Shown here: positions 51,803-60,999 of the stretch, piece by piece
Position numbering within the stretch: the first letter of the stretch is position 1
How the letters are laid out: each line of letters starts with the position of its first letter
IMG/VR virus record: IMGVR_UViG_3300024239_000011
Location: 372,001-436,000 of that record
Reading direction: 5' to 3' (one strand)
DNA length: 64,000 nt
Position numbers and translations under genes: made by a program
Notes under the pieces: generated by a model
What the model was told of the DNA's origin: nothing
Databases searched by the model: none
The model's input: only the letters and a program-made list of their open reading frames with translations

Positions 51803-54568
51803 TTAATTCCCCCTGAACACAAGACCGCTAATTGCATCGTTTCCGGTCAACTTAAATCGTACCAACAGAATATTGTTCGTAGAAAAATGAGTATTTGCCT
51901 GACCAAACGTTACTCCAAATGTGCCGCTATGACCATTCATTTTTCCAATACTAGGATCGCCACACCCAGGAGAAGTTCCTGGCATACCCGGAACCCCACC
52001 AACTGCATCGAAATCCATCATCGCATCCCACCATCCGTTGGGAGCATCAGACAAATCAAGCAAGTCGCCGGTAAACGGATCGGTCAAACCATACATTTTC
52101 AACCAGCACCCAGAGTAGGTACCAGTAATATCTACCAACATTGAGGTGACAGCCGAACGGCGAACCATAAACGTTGTATATTGTGTCGCATTCTGCCCAC
52201 TCAAATCCGGACCAACCGGGAGATACCCATCGGAATAGTTGGTATGGTCACAGCGCAACACACCACCAACTATTGCCGCATCCCAGGTGTTGAGTGCTGC
52301 CGATGCATTCCAATCACCGGTCAGCAACCCGCTTTTATCGTCTGCTGGCGTATCCCCATTACCCATGGTGACACGGACCCCGAAATCTGGCGCATTAGTG
52401 GGTTTTACCCCAAGATTCACCAACGAAATCCCATTTTCAATCATAGGACCATTCACCCCTGACGGTGGCGATCCCGCCATTACATTAAACCCAATAGTAT
52501 CTTCCGACCAATCACCATACCCATTAGTGTTTTTTCCACGTGTACGCAGCTTAGATGTCGTATGGATACTTCCACCAATAATAAATGGCACATCAGATGC
52601 GGTAATGACAGTGCCGCTCGGGGATGCCGGAATACCATATTCGCCCGCATTAATAACAACTGGTATACCAATCTGTGGATTGGTTCCTGCTTCAATCATT
52701 GGCGTGGCATAGGCGCCACCATGGGTGACCATGTTGCTATAGCTCGCAGTCACCTTCAAGGTCGAGGTGGACGCATAGTGCGGTACCGAGCTTGAATAAA
52801 CAATGACTTGATTACCTTCAGTAATCTGCCGATTCTCAAACACCGGTAACCCCGAAATAGAATCTTGATCATTGTCCACAATGGTACCAGACCCTTGTGA
52901 AGTCGCCAGGGTAGCATTGACGGGATCACTCAAGATAATCTTGAACGCCTCATTGCCTTCGACCAGCAAATCGTCTGTAGTGTTGATCTGAATTTTTTTG
53001 ACCGTCTCACCGGGCTGAAATTGAAGGATACCACTCTTAGCAGTGTAATCCTGCCCACCCACCGCAGTTCCGTCCTGGGTTTGATAGGACACTGACACAA
53101 TTACGGTAGTCGGAACCGACAGATTAACGGTAAATTCAATCACACCACCTTCGGTTGCGCTTGCATTTCCAATACTGATCGCGGGTACTACCACGGAAGC
53201 ATCTTCCAAAAGGAAGAACACGCGGTTGGTTGATCCGGTTTGCGTATGAACCAATTGCACACTGTTGATACCCGTATTCAACGTAGGCATCGTGATACGA
53301 GCGTCTATAGAGCGCCACAGACAGGCAGGACCGCCCACTGGGTAAATGCTATCAGCCAACACTTCCAGGGCATCGTAGGTGCCTGTATTGTCCGCTGCGT
53401 TAAGGGCAACCGACCCGGCTGCCTGTCCGTTTACCATCGCTACCAGAGAACCGGTATTCCCCGACCCAAACGCGGTGACAATATTGGTTTTCACGGGAGT
53501 CTGGTTGACTACATAGATCGGCTGACCCGCAGTTGGACCAGAACCCGTATGATCAATCGTTCCCGGAGGGACGATCCCCATTTGCCCGTCAATTACTTGA
53601 AGAGTCTTTGATGACAAAGCCGGTGGTTGATCCGGAAGAATGACGCCGAGTAATTTATTCAGTTGATCCAATGCATCAGCAATAGTAGTGTTTTCATTCC
53701 AACCAGTGATTGCGGGTGGCTTACACCCCTCCGCGCGTGGATCATCAAAATGACCGGTGGTTGGTGTTCCAATAGTATTACCCGGTGCAGCTACTTTAGC
53801 ATCAATAGTCACCGTATCGCCCGTAGTTGTAATAATGGCGTTCGGACCCGGTTTCAAAGTCTTAAAACGGAATGTGTTGTCTACTCGATGCGAATAAACA
53901 CTAGTACCATTCCCAATATTGATAATATCAATATGATCTATAGGAGCGGATGGTGCAGAAATACCAATCTCATCACCCAAATCCATAACTAATGTGCCAT
54001 TCAAACCCTTTATGGTCTTGAACATTAACTCGTTGCCAACCTGCCCACCAAATACACCAGCACCGGTCCCGATATTGATTGCGGAAACCGGTGGGGCGCT
54101 CTGAGTAGTCGTCGGACCAGCCGAGATCACCAGTGAACAACCGTTGTCAATGATGGTTACGTTGTTCCCCGCATACAGGCGCTTAAAGCGAAGGATGCCG
54201 TTTTTTTCTCCATGATAGATGGGTTTGCCTTCTTCGTCGTCACCCAGGTTGATGGCGCCGACAATCGATGGACTATCATTCAACGCTGCAATTACAAGTG
54301 CGTCAGCTTCTTCCGTGATGCCGATCCCGGTACCCGCCTTTAGACGACGAAACTGAAATTCTGGACCGACCCGCTGTTTAAACACAGTAGAGCCTTCCAT
54401 ACCCAAATTCACACCAATGGACGCATCGACGGTTTCAATAATGATTTTATCTGCACATTGACGTAGCGAGACATTATTCCCGCCCTTAAGAGTACGAAAC
54501 CGAAGGGTTTCTCCCTCTAATCCGGCATAAATTTCAATAGCATTGCCAATATTCTGCCCATCGGTCAT
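51803..54568 (-). CDS. Virion structural protein with about five N-terminal repeats and an inserted Calx-beta domain
   Basis: N.G....VF......F.F(R/K).L..G repeats; EG...FTVNLS...VSY.T.DGTA..G.DY...SG.L.F.PGET.K Calx-beta. Confidence 0.8.
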   Translation of the reverse strand: MTDGQNIGNAIEIYAGLEGETLRFRTLKGGNNVSLRQCADKIIIETVDASIGVNLGMEGSTVFKQRVGPEFQFRRLKAGTGIGITEEADALVIAALNDSPSIVGAINLGDDEEGKPIYHGEKNGILRFKRLYAGNNVTIIDNGCSLVISAGPTTTQSAPPVSAINIGTGAGVFGGQVGNELMFKTIKGLNGTLVMDLGDEIGISAPSAPIDHIDIINIGNGTSVYSHRVDNTFRFKTLKPGPNAIITTTGDTVTIDAKVAAPGNTIGTPTTGHFDDPRAEGCKPPAITGWNENTTIADALDQLNKLLGVILPDQPPALSSKTLQVIDGQMGIVPPGTIDHTGSGPTAGQPIYVVNQTPVKTNIVTAFGSGNTGSLVAMVNGQAAGSVALNAADNTGTYDALEVLADSIYPVGGPACLWRSIDARITMPTLNTGINSVQLVHTQTGSTNRVFFLLEDASVVVPAISIGNASATEGGVIEFTVNLSVPTTVIVSVSYQTQDGTAVGGQDYTAKSGILQFQPGETVKKIQINTTDDLLVEGNEAFKIILSDPVNATLATSQGSGTIVDNDQDSISGLPVFENRQITEGNQVIVYSSSVPHYASTSTLKVTASYSNMVTHGGAYATPMIEAGTNPQIGIPVVINAGEYGIPASPSGTVITASDVPFIIGGSIHTTSKLRTRGKNTNGYGDWSEDTIGFNVMAGSPPSGVNGPMIENGISLVNLGVKPTNAPDFGVRVTMGNGDTPADDKSGLLTGDWNASAALNTWDAAIVGGVLRCDHTNYSDGYLPVGPDLSGQNATQYTTFMVRRSAVTSMLVDITGTYSGCWLKMYGLTDPFTGDLLDLSDAPNGWWDAMMDFDAVGGVPGMPGTSPGCGDPSIGKMNGHSGTFGVTFGQANTHFSTNNILLVRFKLTGNDAISGLVFRGN

Positions 54569-54571
54569 TGA

Positions 54572-54892
54572 TTAAACCCCTTCTGCAAACCCATAGGCTA
54601 TGACGGACACCCCAGCAACATCAGACATCACAACGATGTTGTATCCCTCTTCCAGGGCTATACCTCGAATTTCATAATAGTCATTTGCATTAATAGTACG
54701 AACCGGGCGAATAAGTTCGTCAGTTTGTGGATAGCATTGGTTCTCGGAATATCCGATCCTCACGTTTGCCTCGGTGGCGGTGTGATTGCACACCGTGACC
54801 ACGACAGTGCTATCCGAGTTGGGCGCACCAGCCGCAACAACGAAAGGTGTGTTAGCTTCAAGAACTGCTTTTCCGAAAAGTTTTGCGGACAT
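54572..54892 (-). CDS. Small virion structural protein
   Basis: 106 aa, beta-rich; TAAATA at 54920. Confidence 0.65.
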   Translation of the reverse strand: MSAKLFGKAVLEANTPFVVAAGAPNSDSTVVVTVCNHTATEANVRIGYSENQCYPQTDELIRPVRTINANDYYEIRGIALEEGYNIVVMSDVAGVSVIAYGFAEGV

Positions 54893-54940
54893 GCTGAACC
54901 CCTTTAATACCGTTCCCAGTATTTAGCAGGATGCAAGACC

Positions 54941-55339
54941 TCAGTAATCCAGTCCCATAATAGACCATCGTTCGCTTGCCACAATACGTCTCATTGCCGG
55001 ATGATTAATAATGAAATCATGAATTTCCCAGTTTTCATGGTCCGCCCATTTTGTTTCACTCAGATCATATACATCTATTGTGTCATCATTAAAATATAAT
55101 GGTAACGTATCGTGATATTCAACACCAATCGATTTGCATGTCATTGAATGGTCACTCTGGTACGAATCCCAAACAATCAAATCTTTTCCAGAAATTACAC
55201 CACGTAATTCATTTGATCGGCTTCTCTCAATCCATGCAGTTAATTCCCGTACTGATGGGTTTCGAATCGTTGTTACTTCTTTTCCATTAGGTAGCGTAAC
55301 AATCGGATATCGTTCTTCTTTTAAATCGGCGTATCTCAT
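54941..55339 (-). CDS. Hypothetical protein (possible internal head protein)
   Basis: N-terminus MRYADLKE; NPS..EL...RG...VWD...H. Confidence 0.6.
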   Translation of the reverse strand: MRYADLKEERYPIVTLPNGKEVTTIRNPSVRELTAWIERSRSNELRGVISGKDLIVWDSYQSDHSMTCKSIGVEYHDTLPLYFNDDTIDVYDLSETKWADHENWEIHDFIINHPAMRRIVASERWSIMGLDY

Positions 55340-55343
55340 TGTT

Positions 55344-56510
55344 TCACCCCAATGAAGAAAAGAAAAATAACTTTGCTCGGTTGACCCGTGATGCCACTAC
55401 ATCAAGATTATCTTTTCGCACTACATCATCTGGACGTTGTGGGGTGTAACTTCCAGTAGTAACATCACCCACCCGCATAGTCGTGGCCGCAATAGATCGT
55501 GCATCCACATTGCCGCACTTATCCACCGCAAACCCAGTTGGGACATCCGTTGCTCTAATGGTAATGCTTATCGGAGTTGATATCGGACCTAATAGCTGGA
55601 ACGGTTCCGCAACTTCTAAAACACTGTAGGTATACCCATATTCGGTCATACCGGGCGCCATAGTCCCCATAACAGTGTAAACTCCGTCATTAACGCCACT
55701 TCCTGTAATTTCAATAACAGTTCCCGAAAATAAACCATGGCTACCAAAGTCTATAGTACGTGACAATAAGGTATGGGAATCCGACACAAACACATCACTG
55801 TGACTAAACGTAACCGAGGGTTTTGGCCCCCCTAGATTAAAGGCAGCGGCTCCGGTAAATGTTTCTTGCAGAACCAGCTTATGAATTGTTTCACCATCGA
55901 TGTTTGACAACACCACGTCATCAATCATCCACCATCCGGTTTGGTCACCCGCGTTCGCCGCATATATCCACATCCCTGGTTCAAATCCCGATGACGTAAA
56001 ATTTACCGTGGTACTGCTAAAATACCCATGACCATTTTCATTTCCGGCAAAAATATCATTCCCAACAATCGGCGCCAGAACAGATGGCTGTAGAATCAAG
56101 GGCGTGGATAAAGTTGAAATAGATGTCCAAATCTCAAAGGCACCATCCCCGGTATTATCATTGTCAATAGTGACACGATAGCTTCCCGGTACGCTCATCT
56201 TATCGGCTGATACATCTGCGCTAATAATCAGGCTATTGCCATCATAACCAATGCTTACGCCCGAACCCGCCTGAATATCACGAAATTCAAGAATACCCGC
56301 ATCATTGCCCGCATAAACACCAAGCGAATTATTCCCACCAAGATTACGCGCACCCGCAACCGGAATCGAACCAGACGGCTGGCGATCAACAAAAGCTCGT
56401 GCATCGGCATCAAAAACCAGTATTGAACCATCCCGAATAGAATCATTAAGCTTGAGGCTCAATCCACTGGACGCTTTGTTCGAGCCGGTACGTGTAGCGA
56501 AAATAGCCAT
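55344..56510 (-). CDS. Virion structural protein
   Basis: One copy of the N.G...VY....LEFR.I.AG repeat also found in 51803-54568. Confidence 0.7.
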   Translation of the reverse strand: MAIFATRTGSNKASSGLSLKLNDSIRDGSILVFDADARAFVDRQPSGSIPVAGARNLGGNNSLGVYAGNDAGILEFRDIQAGSGVSIGYDGNSLIISADVSADKMSVPGSYRVTIDNDNTGDGAFEIWTSISTLSTPLILQPSVLAPIVGNDIFAGNENGHGYFSSTTVNFTSSGFEPGMWIYAANAGDQTGWWMIDDVVLSNIDGETIHKLVLQETFTGAAAFNLGGPKPSVTFSHSDVFVSDSHTLLSRTIDFGSHGLFSGTVIEITGSGVNDGVYTVMGTMAPGMTEYGYTYSVLEVAEPFQLLGPISTPISITIRATDVPTGFAVDKCGNVDARSIAATTMRVGDVTTGSYTPQRPDDVVRKDNLDVVASRVNRAKLFFFSSLG

Positions 56511-56514
56511 CCAA

Positions 56515-56931
56515 TCACCTGTTCAGTAGTATTTTCTTAATCACCCCGAACGCAGCGACCCCTTCATGGGTTGCGGGAACCGGGAGAATATGCGAGCGAT
56601 CCAACCGGGCACGGAGCCATGTGAAATTACCTTCAAACACAAATGCCTCGGTGCCGGTATCCCCCACACAACCCGGTGAACCGGTAGGATGTGCCCGATC
56701 TCGTGGGTATTCAGCAAATGGCTGACAACCATTCAGCCAAATAGGGAACCAGTCTGTTTCGGCGGGTTCTGAAGCAAGTGCCGCCTCTATCCATACACGA
56801 CCTTGGAAATTATGGTAATGAACGGCAACCGTATACGATCCACCACCAACACCATACCATTCATCGATCCTGATGATATCACCAGTTTTTTCAAAGACAC
56901 CGCTGGTGTCATCCAAGAGAAAAATTGACAT
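56515..56931 (-). CDS. Conserved jumbo-phage structural/hypothetical protein
   Basis: NFQGRV.IEA.LA..P...DWF...F.GNFTWLRA; TAAATA at 56953. Confidence 0.7.
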   Translation of the reverse strand: MSIFLLDDTSGVFEKTGDIIRIDEWYGVGGGSYTVAVHYHNFQGRVWIEAALASEPAETDWFPIWLNGCQPFAEYPRDRAHPTGSPGCVGDTGTEAFVFEGNFTWLRARLDRSHILPVPATHEGVAAFGVIKKILLNR

Positions 56932-57007
56932 ATGACCCCCAGTGATTTGCATTATTTATCCAAGGTATCGTTATTTTTCATAGACGCATTTGTCCGCGCG
57001 AATTACT

Positions 57008-57484
57008 TTACCTCGTGATCAAACCCTTGAAAGTCCCACTTCTATTTATGGTAAGAACTTCCTTGCGGTTCTTCTTTGGGTTTGCATATGAACAATGAAC
57101 CCACCCACTATTGGGATCGTTCTTCGAGGGATCAAAAAATTCGAGAATCAGTTGGTCAAAATCCAAATTGTCCTTGATCCATTGAGCAATTTCAGGGTTG
57201 CCCTTACCAATCACCTCAAAATCCGCAGCCTGACCGACCATGTGTTGGGAATTCTTTGCGGCACCTATGGCTTCATTCAACGCCGGGCAGCGATAGCCGC
57301 TATTGATAGTAATGGGTAGCCCAAAATGGCTACGAACCGGCTGAAGAATATGAATTGCCAAGTTACGAAGGTTTGTAATCACTTCCGGGGTCGGAAGATT
57401 GTCGATACCTAAACGCTCACCTTCCTGGGATTTCAGGAACTCATTGAGGGTAAAATTGGCCGACAGTTTTATGCTGGTGTCCAT
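57008..57484 (-). CDS. Peptidase M15A (endolysin candidate)
   Basis: LSANFTLNEF, NSGYRC..LN, SQH..GQAAD, DQLILE, WVH; TAAATA at 57511. Confidence 0.9.
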   Translation of the reverse strand: MDTSIKLSANFTLNEFLKSQEGERLGIDNLPTPEVITNLRNLAIHILQPVRSHFGLPITINSGYRCPALNEAIGAAKNSQHMVGQAADFEVIGKGNPEIAQWIKDNLDFDQLILEFFDPSKNDPNSGWVHCSYANPKKNRKEVLTINRSGTFKGLITR

Positions 57485-57560
57485 ACGTGTCCTCCTAATC
57501 TCGGATTGTATATTTAGGATGGAATAAAACTCCTAAATAAGTCGAGAAAAAGAGGCGTCC

Positions 57561-58598
57561 ATGAAACTACTAGAATTAGACAAAAAAGGCGATCTTACAT
57601 ATGAGACGCAGTACAAATACTTGTACCATCTGACGGATCATCACGGGTTTGCCTATTCCATAGATCAAAATGCTCTTCGGACACTCCGATACAACTATAT
57701 CAGTACAACCTACGACCCGAAGATGAATAGCGTCTACGGGCAATGGCATCATCATTTCAAATTCGTACTGAAAGCCCAACCATTGGTCAAAAAATACGGC
57801 GCGTTTCCGTTCGACGCCCATATTCAAGTTGGGAATGAAGGGTATAAATCCCTGAATGAACAGGAACTAGGTTTGAACACCCGTGAGGTATCACCACTGA
57901 AAGATTATGTTGTTGGGGCAATATTACTCTTCCCATTGTTCAGCCAAACCGGGGTACAATGGTTGCTTTATAACAACCATGCGTCAAAAAGTTTTATGGA
58001 TACTGCCAAAGCCGAGGCACCCCGTGCAATTGAAACTCTGTATACGTTTTTAATCGAGTGGAAGAAACCGGTGTGGATCGGAAACATGCATCGGAAACCC
58101 AGTGAACAGGATTTGGCGTTTTTGAAGGATGCCCTACATATCCACCAGCGCGGCGGCGATTTTGATGAGGGCATGCGCGAACTCGCGGACAAGTATAACA
58201 TAGTTGATCATTCTGGAAGAATACTCGATAAACAAACAGTTTGGCGCACACAGCAATCCGAGCAGGCATACAATATGTTAAATGCCTATTATGGCGAGCG
58301 TAAATTCAAGGATGTAAATGTCAACGTCGTTCGCCGTATCATTAAGGGCATCTTTGACATTTTGAAGCTCAACAACAATATACAATCCATCGTGATGAAT
58401 GCTATCGAAAAAGCTGGGTTATTTCATCCGGCGACGGCTGCGGTCGATTGGGCCATCATCATCAAAGAACTGATGTACGGCGACATTGATGGTACGCTAG
58501 AAGCAATTCAATGGGTGTCGGAAGATCGCAAACGGAATCGTGATTGGTATGACAAAGACCCAACTTCGTATGCCACGCACTCCAAAACTATGTTCTAA
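57561..58598 (+). CDS. Late protein with possible ADP-ribosyltransferase-fold N-domain
   Basis: LYHLT...YISTT...NEQE; N-terminus MKLLEL; CTAAATA at 57533. Confidence 0.5.
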   Translation: MKLLELDKKGDLTYETQYKYLYHLTDHHGFAYSIDQNALRTLRYNYISTTYDPKMNSVYGQWHHHFKFVLKAQPLVKKYGAFPFDAHIQVGNEGYKSLNEQELGLNTREVSPLKDYVVGAILLFPLFSQTGVQWLLYNNHASKSFMDTAKAEAPRAIETLYTFLIEWKKPVWIGNMHRKPSEQDLAFLKDALHIHQRGGDFDEGMRELADKYNIVDHSGRILDKQTVWRTQQSEQAYNMLNAYYGERKFKDVNVNVVRRIIKGIFDILKLNNNIQSIVMNAIEKAGLFHPATAAVDWAIIIKELMYGDIDGTLEAIQWVSEDRKRNRDWYDKDPTSYATHSKTMF

Positions 58599-58659
58599 TG
58601 GTTTGACTTTACAACCTTAGTAATATATTATTCAAGCTACAACATAGGAGACCCGCGCC

Positions 58660-58947
58660 ATGTCTAATCGATGGCAAGATCAAGTTGCCAAGTTGCGTCG
58701 CGAACTTGAATGGGGACGAGGGCGTACATTGTCGCAACAGACCTGTAACATTATGGAAAGCTCGGCGTTAGAAATCGAGCAGTTAGGACATGAAATTCAG
58801 CAATGTCAGCGTGCCACTATGCAAATGTGCATAGACGAGTTAATCGATGCAGCAGCAATGTTTATCGATGACGACAACCCGGAACGACGCGGCATTCTGT
58901 TAGCCGTCAGCCACATTCGCCAAATGATGGCTGATCAACCCGCCTAA
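58660..58947 (+). CDS. Hypothetical early protein
   Basis: SD GGAG; TTGACT-N17-TATTAT at 58603-58631. Confidence 0.7.
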   Translation: MSNRWQDQVAKLRRELEWGRGRTLSQQTCNIMESSALEIEQLGHEIQQCQRATMQMCIDELIDAAAMFIDDDNPERRGILLAVSHIRQMMADQPA

Positions 58948-58951
58948 AAAT

Positions 58952-58982
58952 AGAAACCCCGTGCTGTTGGCACGGGGTTTCT
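58952..58982. terminator. Bidirectional terminator between convergent genes
   Basis: agaaaccccgtgc-N5-gcacggggtttct. Confidence 0.8.
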
Positions 58983-59002
58983 GGATTTTAGGGAGAGGAG
59001 TC

Positions 59003-59179
59003 TTACGCGCCGGGGCGCTCAATCTCCACAACTACCGAACCGTCAATTTGAGCAACCGACTGTTCAATAAGCTGTTCAATTGCAGCAATAGCTTCATCTG
59101 GAAGGACGTTGGTGGCACTGTCGCTCTTCACAAGCTTGCTTAATTTTACAACGAGGTATTGTTCTTTTACACTAGCCAT
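59003..59179 (-). CDS. Small conserved hypothetical protein
   Basis: MA.V.E..LV+KLSKLVK...VVEIE; TATAAATA at 59217-59224. Confidence 0.65.
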   Translation of the reverse strand: MASVKEQYLVVKLSKLVKSDSATNVLPDEAIAAIEQLIEQSVAQIDGSVVVEIERPGA

Positions 59180-59254
59180 AGGTTCTCTCGCCAAACAGGT
59201 GAGGTTATCTATGGTTTATTTATACTTTGTTCGCATTTACCCGTGAAAATCGAG

Positions 59255-59560
59255 TTATTCGTCGTGATCTCGGTCTTGAGTACGCACCCCATTCACGCGG
59301 CTATTGATATCAGGCAATTTCCCGCGCAACGTTACCAAATTGGTAATCATACCGGTGAGTTGATCCCGATAAAGTCGAAGAGTATTTTCAAGATCAAGAA
59401 GTGCCATTTTCAACATTTCGTTGACGCTGACCATTCCGGCAATTTTACTCTTAACCGATGTTAACTGACGCACTAACTCCGCATTTTCCTCTTCCTTGCG
59501 TTGAAGATCAGCCTTGAGCTTCGCCATTGGTGTATTGGAAAGATCAATAAGATCACCCAT
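59255..59560 (-). CDS. Coiled-coil hypothetical protein
   Basis: Heptad-rich ORF coupled to the upstream stop. Confidence 0.55.
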   Translation of the reverse strand: MGDLIDLSNTPMAKLKADLQRKEEENAELVRQLTSVKSKIAGMVSVNEMLKMALLDLENTLRLYRDQLTGMITNLVTLRGKLPDINSRVNGVRTQDRDHDE

Positions 59561-60149
59561 CTTGGTCATCCCATGCCCAAAAGTTATCAGGTGCATCATC
59601 CGCGCCTGAAGTAATTTCTTGTTCGGTCAATTCGACCACGGGAATATTCCATGACCCAAACGTTTCAAGAATATCTTCCACAGCGGGAATGCTTGACGGA
59701 TCATCATTGGCGCTTTCAGGAAGGATTTCCCACAACACCACGTCTTTAACCTGTTGATCCCATACGAATGATGGGTCAACCTTGTACCCACCCTGGCGAA
59801 GCCCGATCATCATTCGCTCAAACTTGGTTTTGCGACCACGTTTCTTGCCTTTTTTCTTAATCGTGCCATCCGCTCCGATGTTGAATACACGAGCAAACCT
59901 CTCCGGGTGCATGCCATCTAATGCCTTAATAGCTGCGGCACTTACACGAATACGCTTGGTATCATTGACGCCCGAAAGGTTAAAAAGAAGTTTACCTTCG
60001 TCATTACGTTCAATACTCTGCACCACAAAGACACCCTGTACGACCCCATTTGTGGGACCAAGACCTTTGGTCTTATAACACGCTTCCACCTCAAGGTTTG
60101 GATGAATAATTCCTTTTTGGACAAGAGATTCAGCTAGAACCGTCTCCAT
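59553..60149 (-). CDS. Hypothetical protein
   Basis: LDGM.PER.A..FN...DG...GKKRGRK; SD GGAGG. Confidence 0.7.
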   Translation of the reverse strand: METVLAESLVQKGIIHPNLEVEACYKTKGLGPTNGVVQGVFVVQSIERNDEGKLLFNLSGVNDTKRIRVSAAAIKALDGMHPERFARVFNIGADGTIKKKGKKRGRKTKFERMMIGLRQGGYKVDPSFVWDQQVKDVVLWEILPESANDDPSSIPAVEDILETFGSWNIPVVELTEQEITSGADDAPDNFWAWDDQDG

Positions 60150-60450
60150 TCATTTCCTCCAACAGTTCTTCGAACGGACGCATCCTGGGATGCCCCCGAG
60201 GGTTCGATCTGGATTTATCGAAGCCCCGCTGTGAGGAACAAAATGAAACCTATTGCATTCTTGTCCGCTTGGTCAAGGATTTTTATTTACGGCTACAGTT
60301 GAAAACTTGAAATTGTATTTCGTATATACTCCCGCTTGCAATCCACCAAAGAAATCAGAGGAAGACCGGAATGATACTACCTAGCGTATGCTATATAGAA
60401 TCATGGCGAGCAGAGATTCGTTAATCTCTGCTCGCCATGACGATAAAGCG

Positions 60451-60735
60451 TTAATGGATGAGGTCAGGATTACCGGGATGGAAGTTGGCAATTTCATAGT
60501 CCGCAGGGGAAATCCAGCCGACATACCCCCACGGGGTCGAAATCACGATGTCACTCCCTCGGCATCCAACAACCCGCCCGATAAGCGGCTTGATCACTGG
60601 ACACGCCGTCCCGCCCACCAGAACCGTCGTCAACGTGACCCGCACGAACACACCGTCCAGCGCGATACCCAGATAATTCGACTCGTTGTTACCAGCGCCA
60701 AATACGGTGACATCTGATGAAATAGTTGGTTGCAT
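60451..60735 (-). CDS. Hypothetical protein with hairpin-occluded SD
   Basis: 94-aa ORF; TTGATT-N17-TATACT at 60762-60790. Confidence 0.55.
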   Translation of the reverse strand: MQPTISSDVTVFGAGNNESNYLGIALDGVFVRVTLTTVLVGGTACPVIKPLIGRVVGCRGSDIVISTPWGYVGWISPADYEIANFHPGNPDLIH

Positions 60736-60740
60736 GGCTT

Positions 60741-60790
60741 GTGCCCCTGCTTATTTTGAATAGTATAGCAGGGGCACGAAGTAAAATCAA
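60741..60790 (-). promoter_or_regulatory. Sigma70-like promoter overlapping an 11-bp inverted repeat that covers the SD
   Basis: gtgcccctgct (60741-60751) / agcaggggcac (60767-60777). Confidence 0.65.
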
Positions 60791-60999
60791 GTCAGTGCCA
60801 GTTCGTCCCGGATTTCCAAAGCACGTTTTTCTATCCATGGATGCAGTATATCTTTGGCTTTACGGGCATCATTCACCCATAGTGCGTTCATAACCTGTTC
60901 CAGCGGTTCCTTGGTGTCATCCGGAAACGGCGCAGGCAGATCGCCGGAAGTCCACCACATCCAGCTTTTCTTGAATCGTGCCTTGATTTGCTCAAACAT
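60787..60999 (-). CDS. Hypothetical protein
   Basis: Start MFEQIK overlaps the clpA stop. Confidence 0.55.
   Translation of the reverse strand: MFEQIKARFKKSWMWWTSGDLPAPFPDDTKEPLEQVMNALWVNDARKAKDILHPWIEKRALEIRDELALT

Noticed and set aside
60195-60225. GGTTCGATC resembling a tRNA T-loop
   Set aside because: The T-stem does not pair and no cloverleaf can be built; no tRNA was recognised in the window
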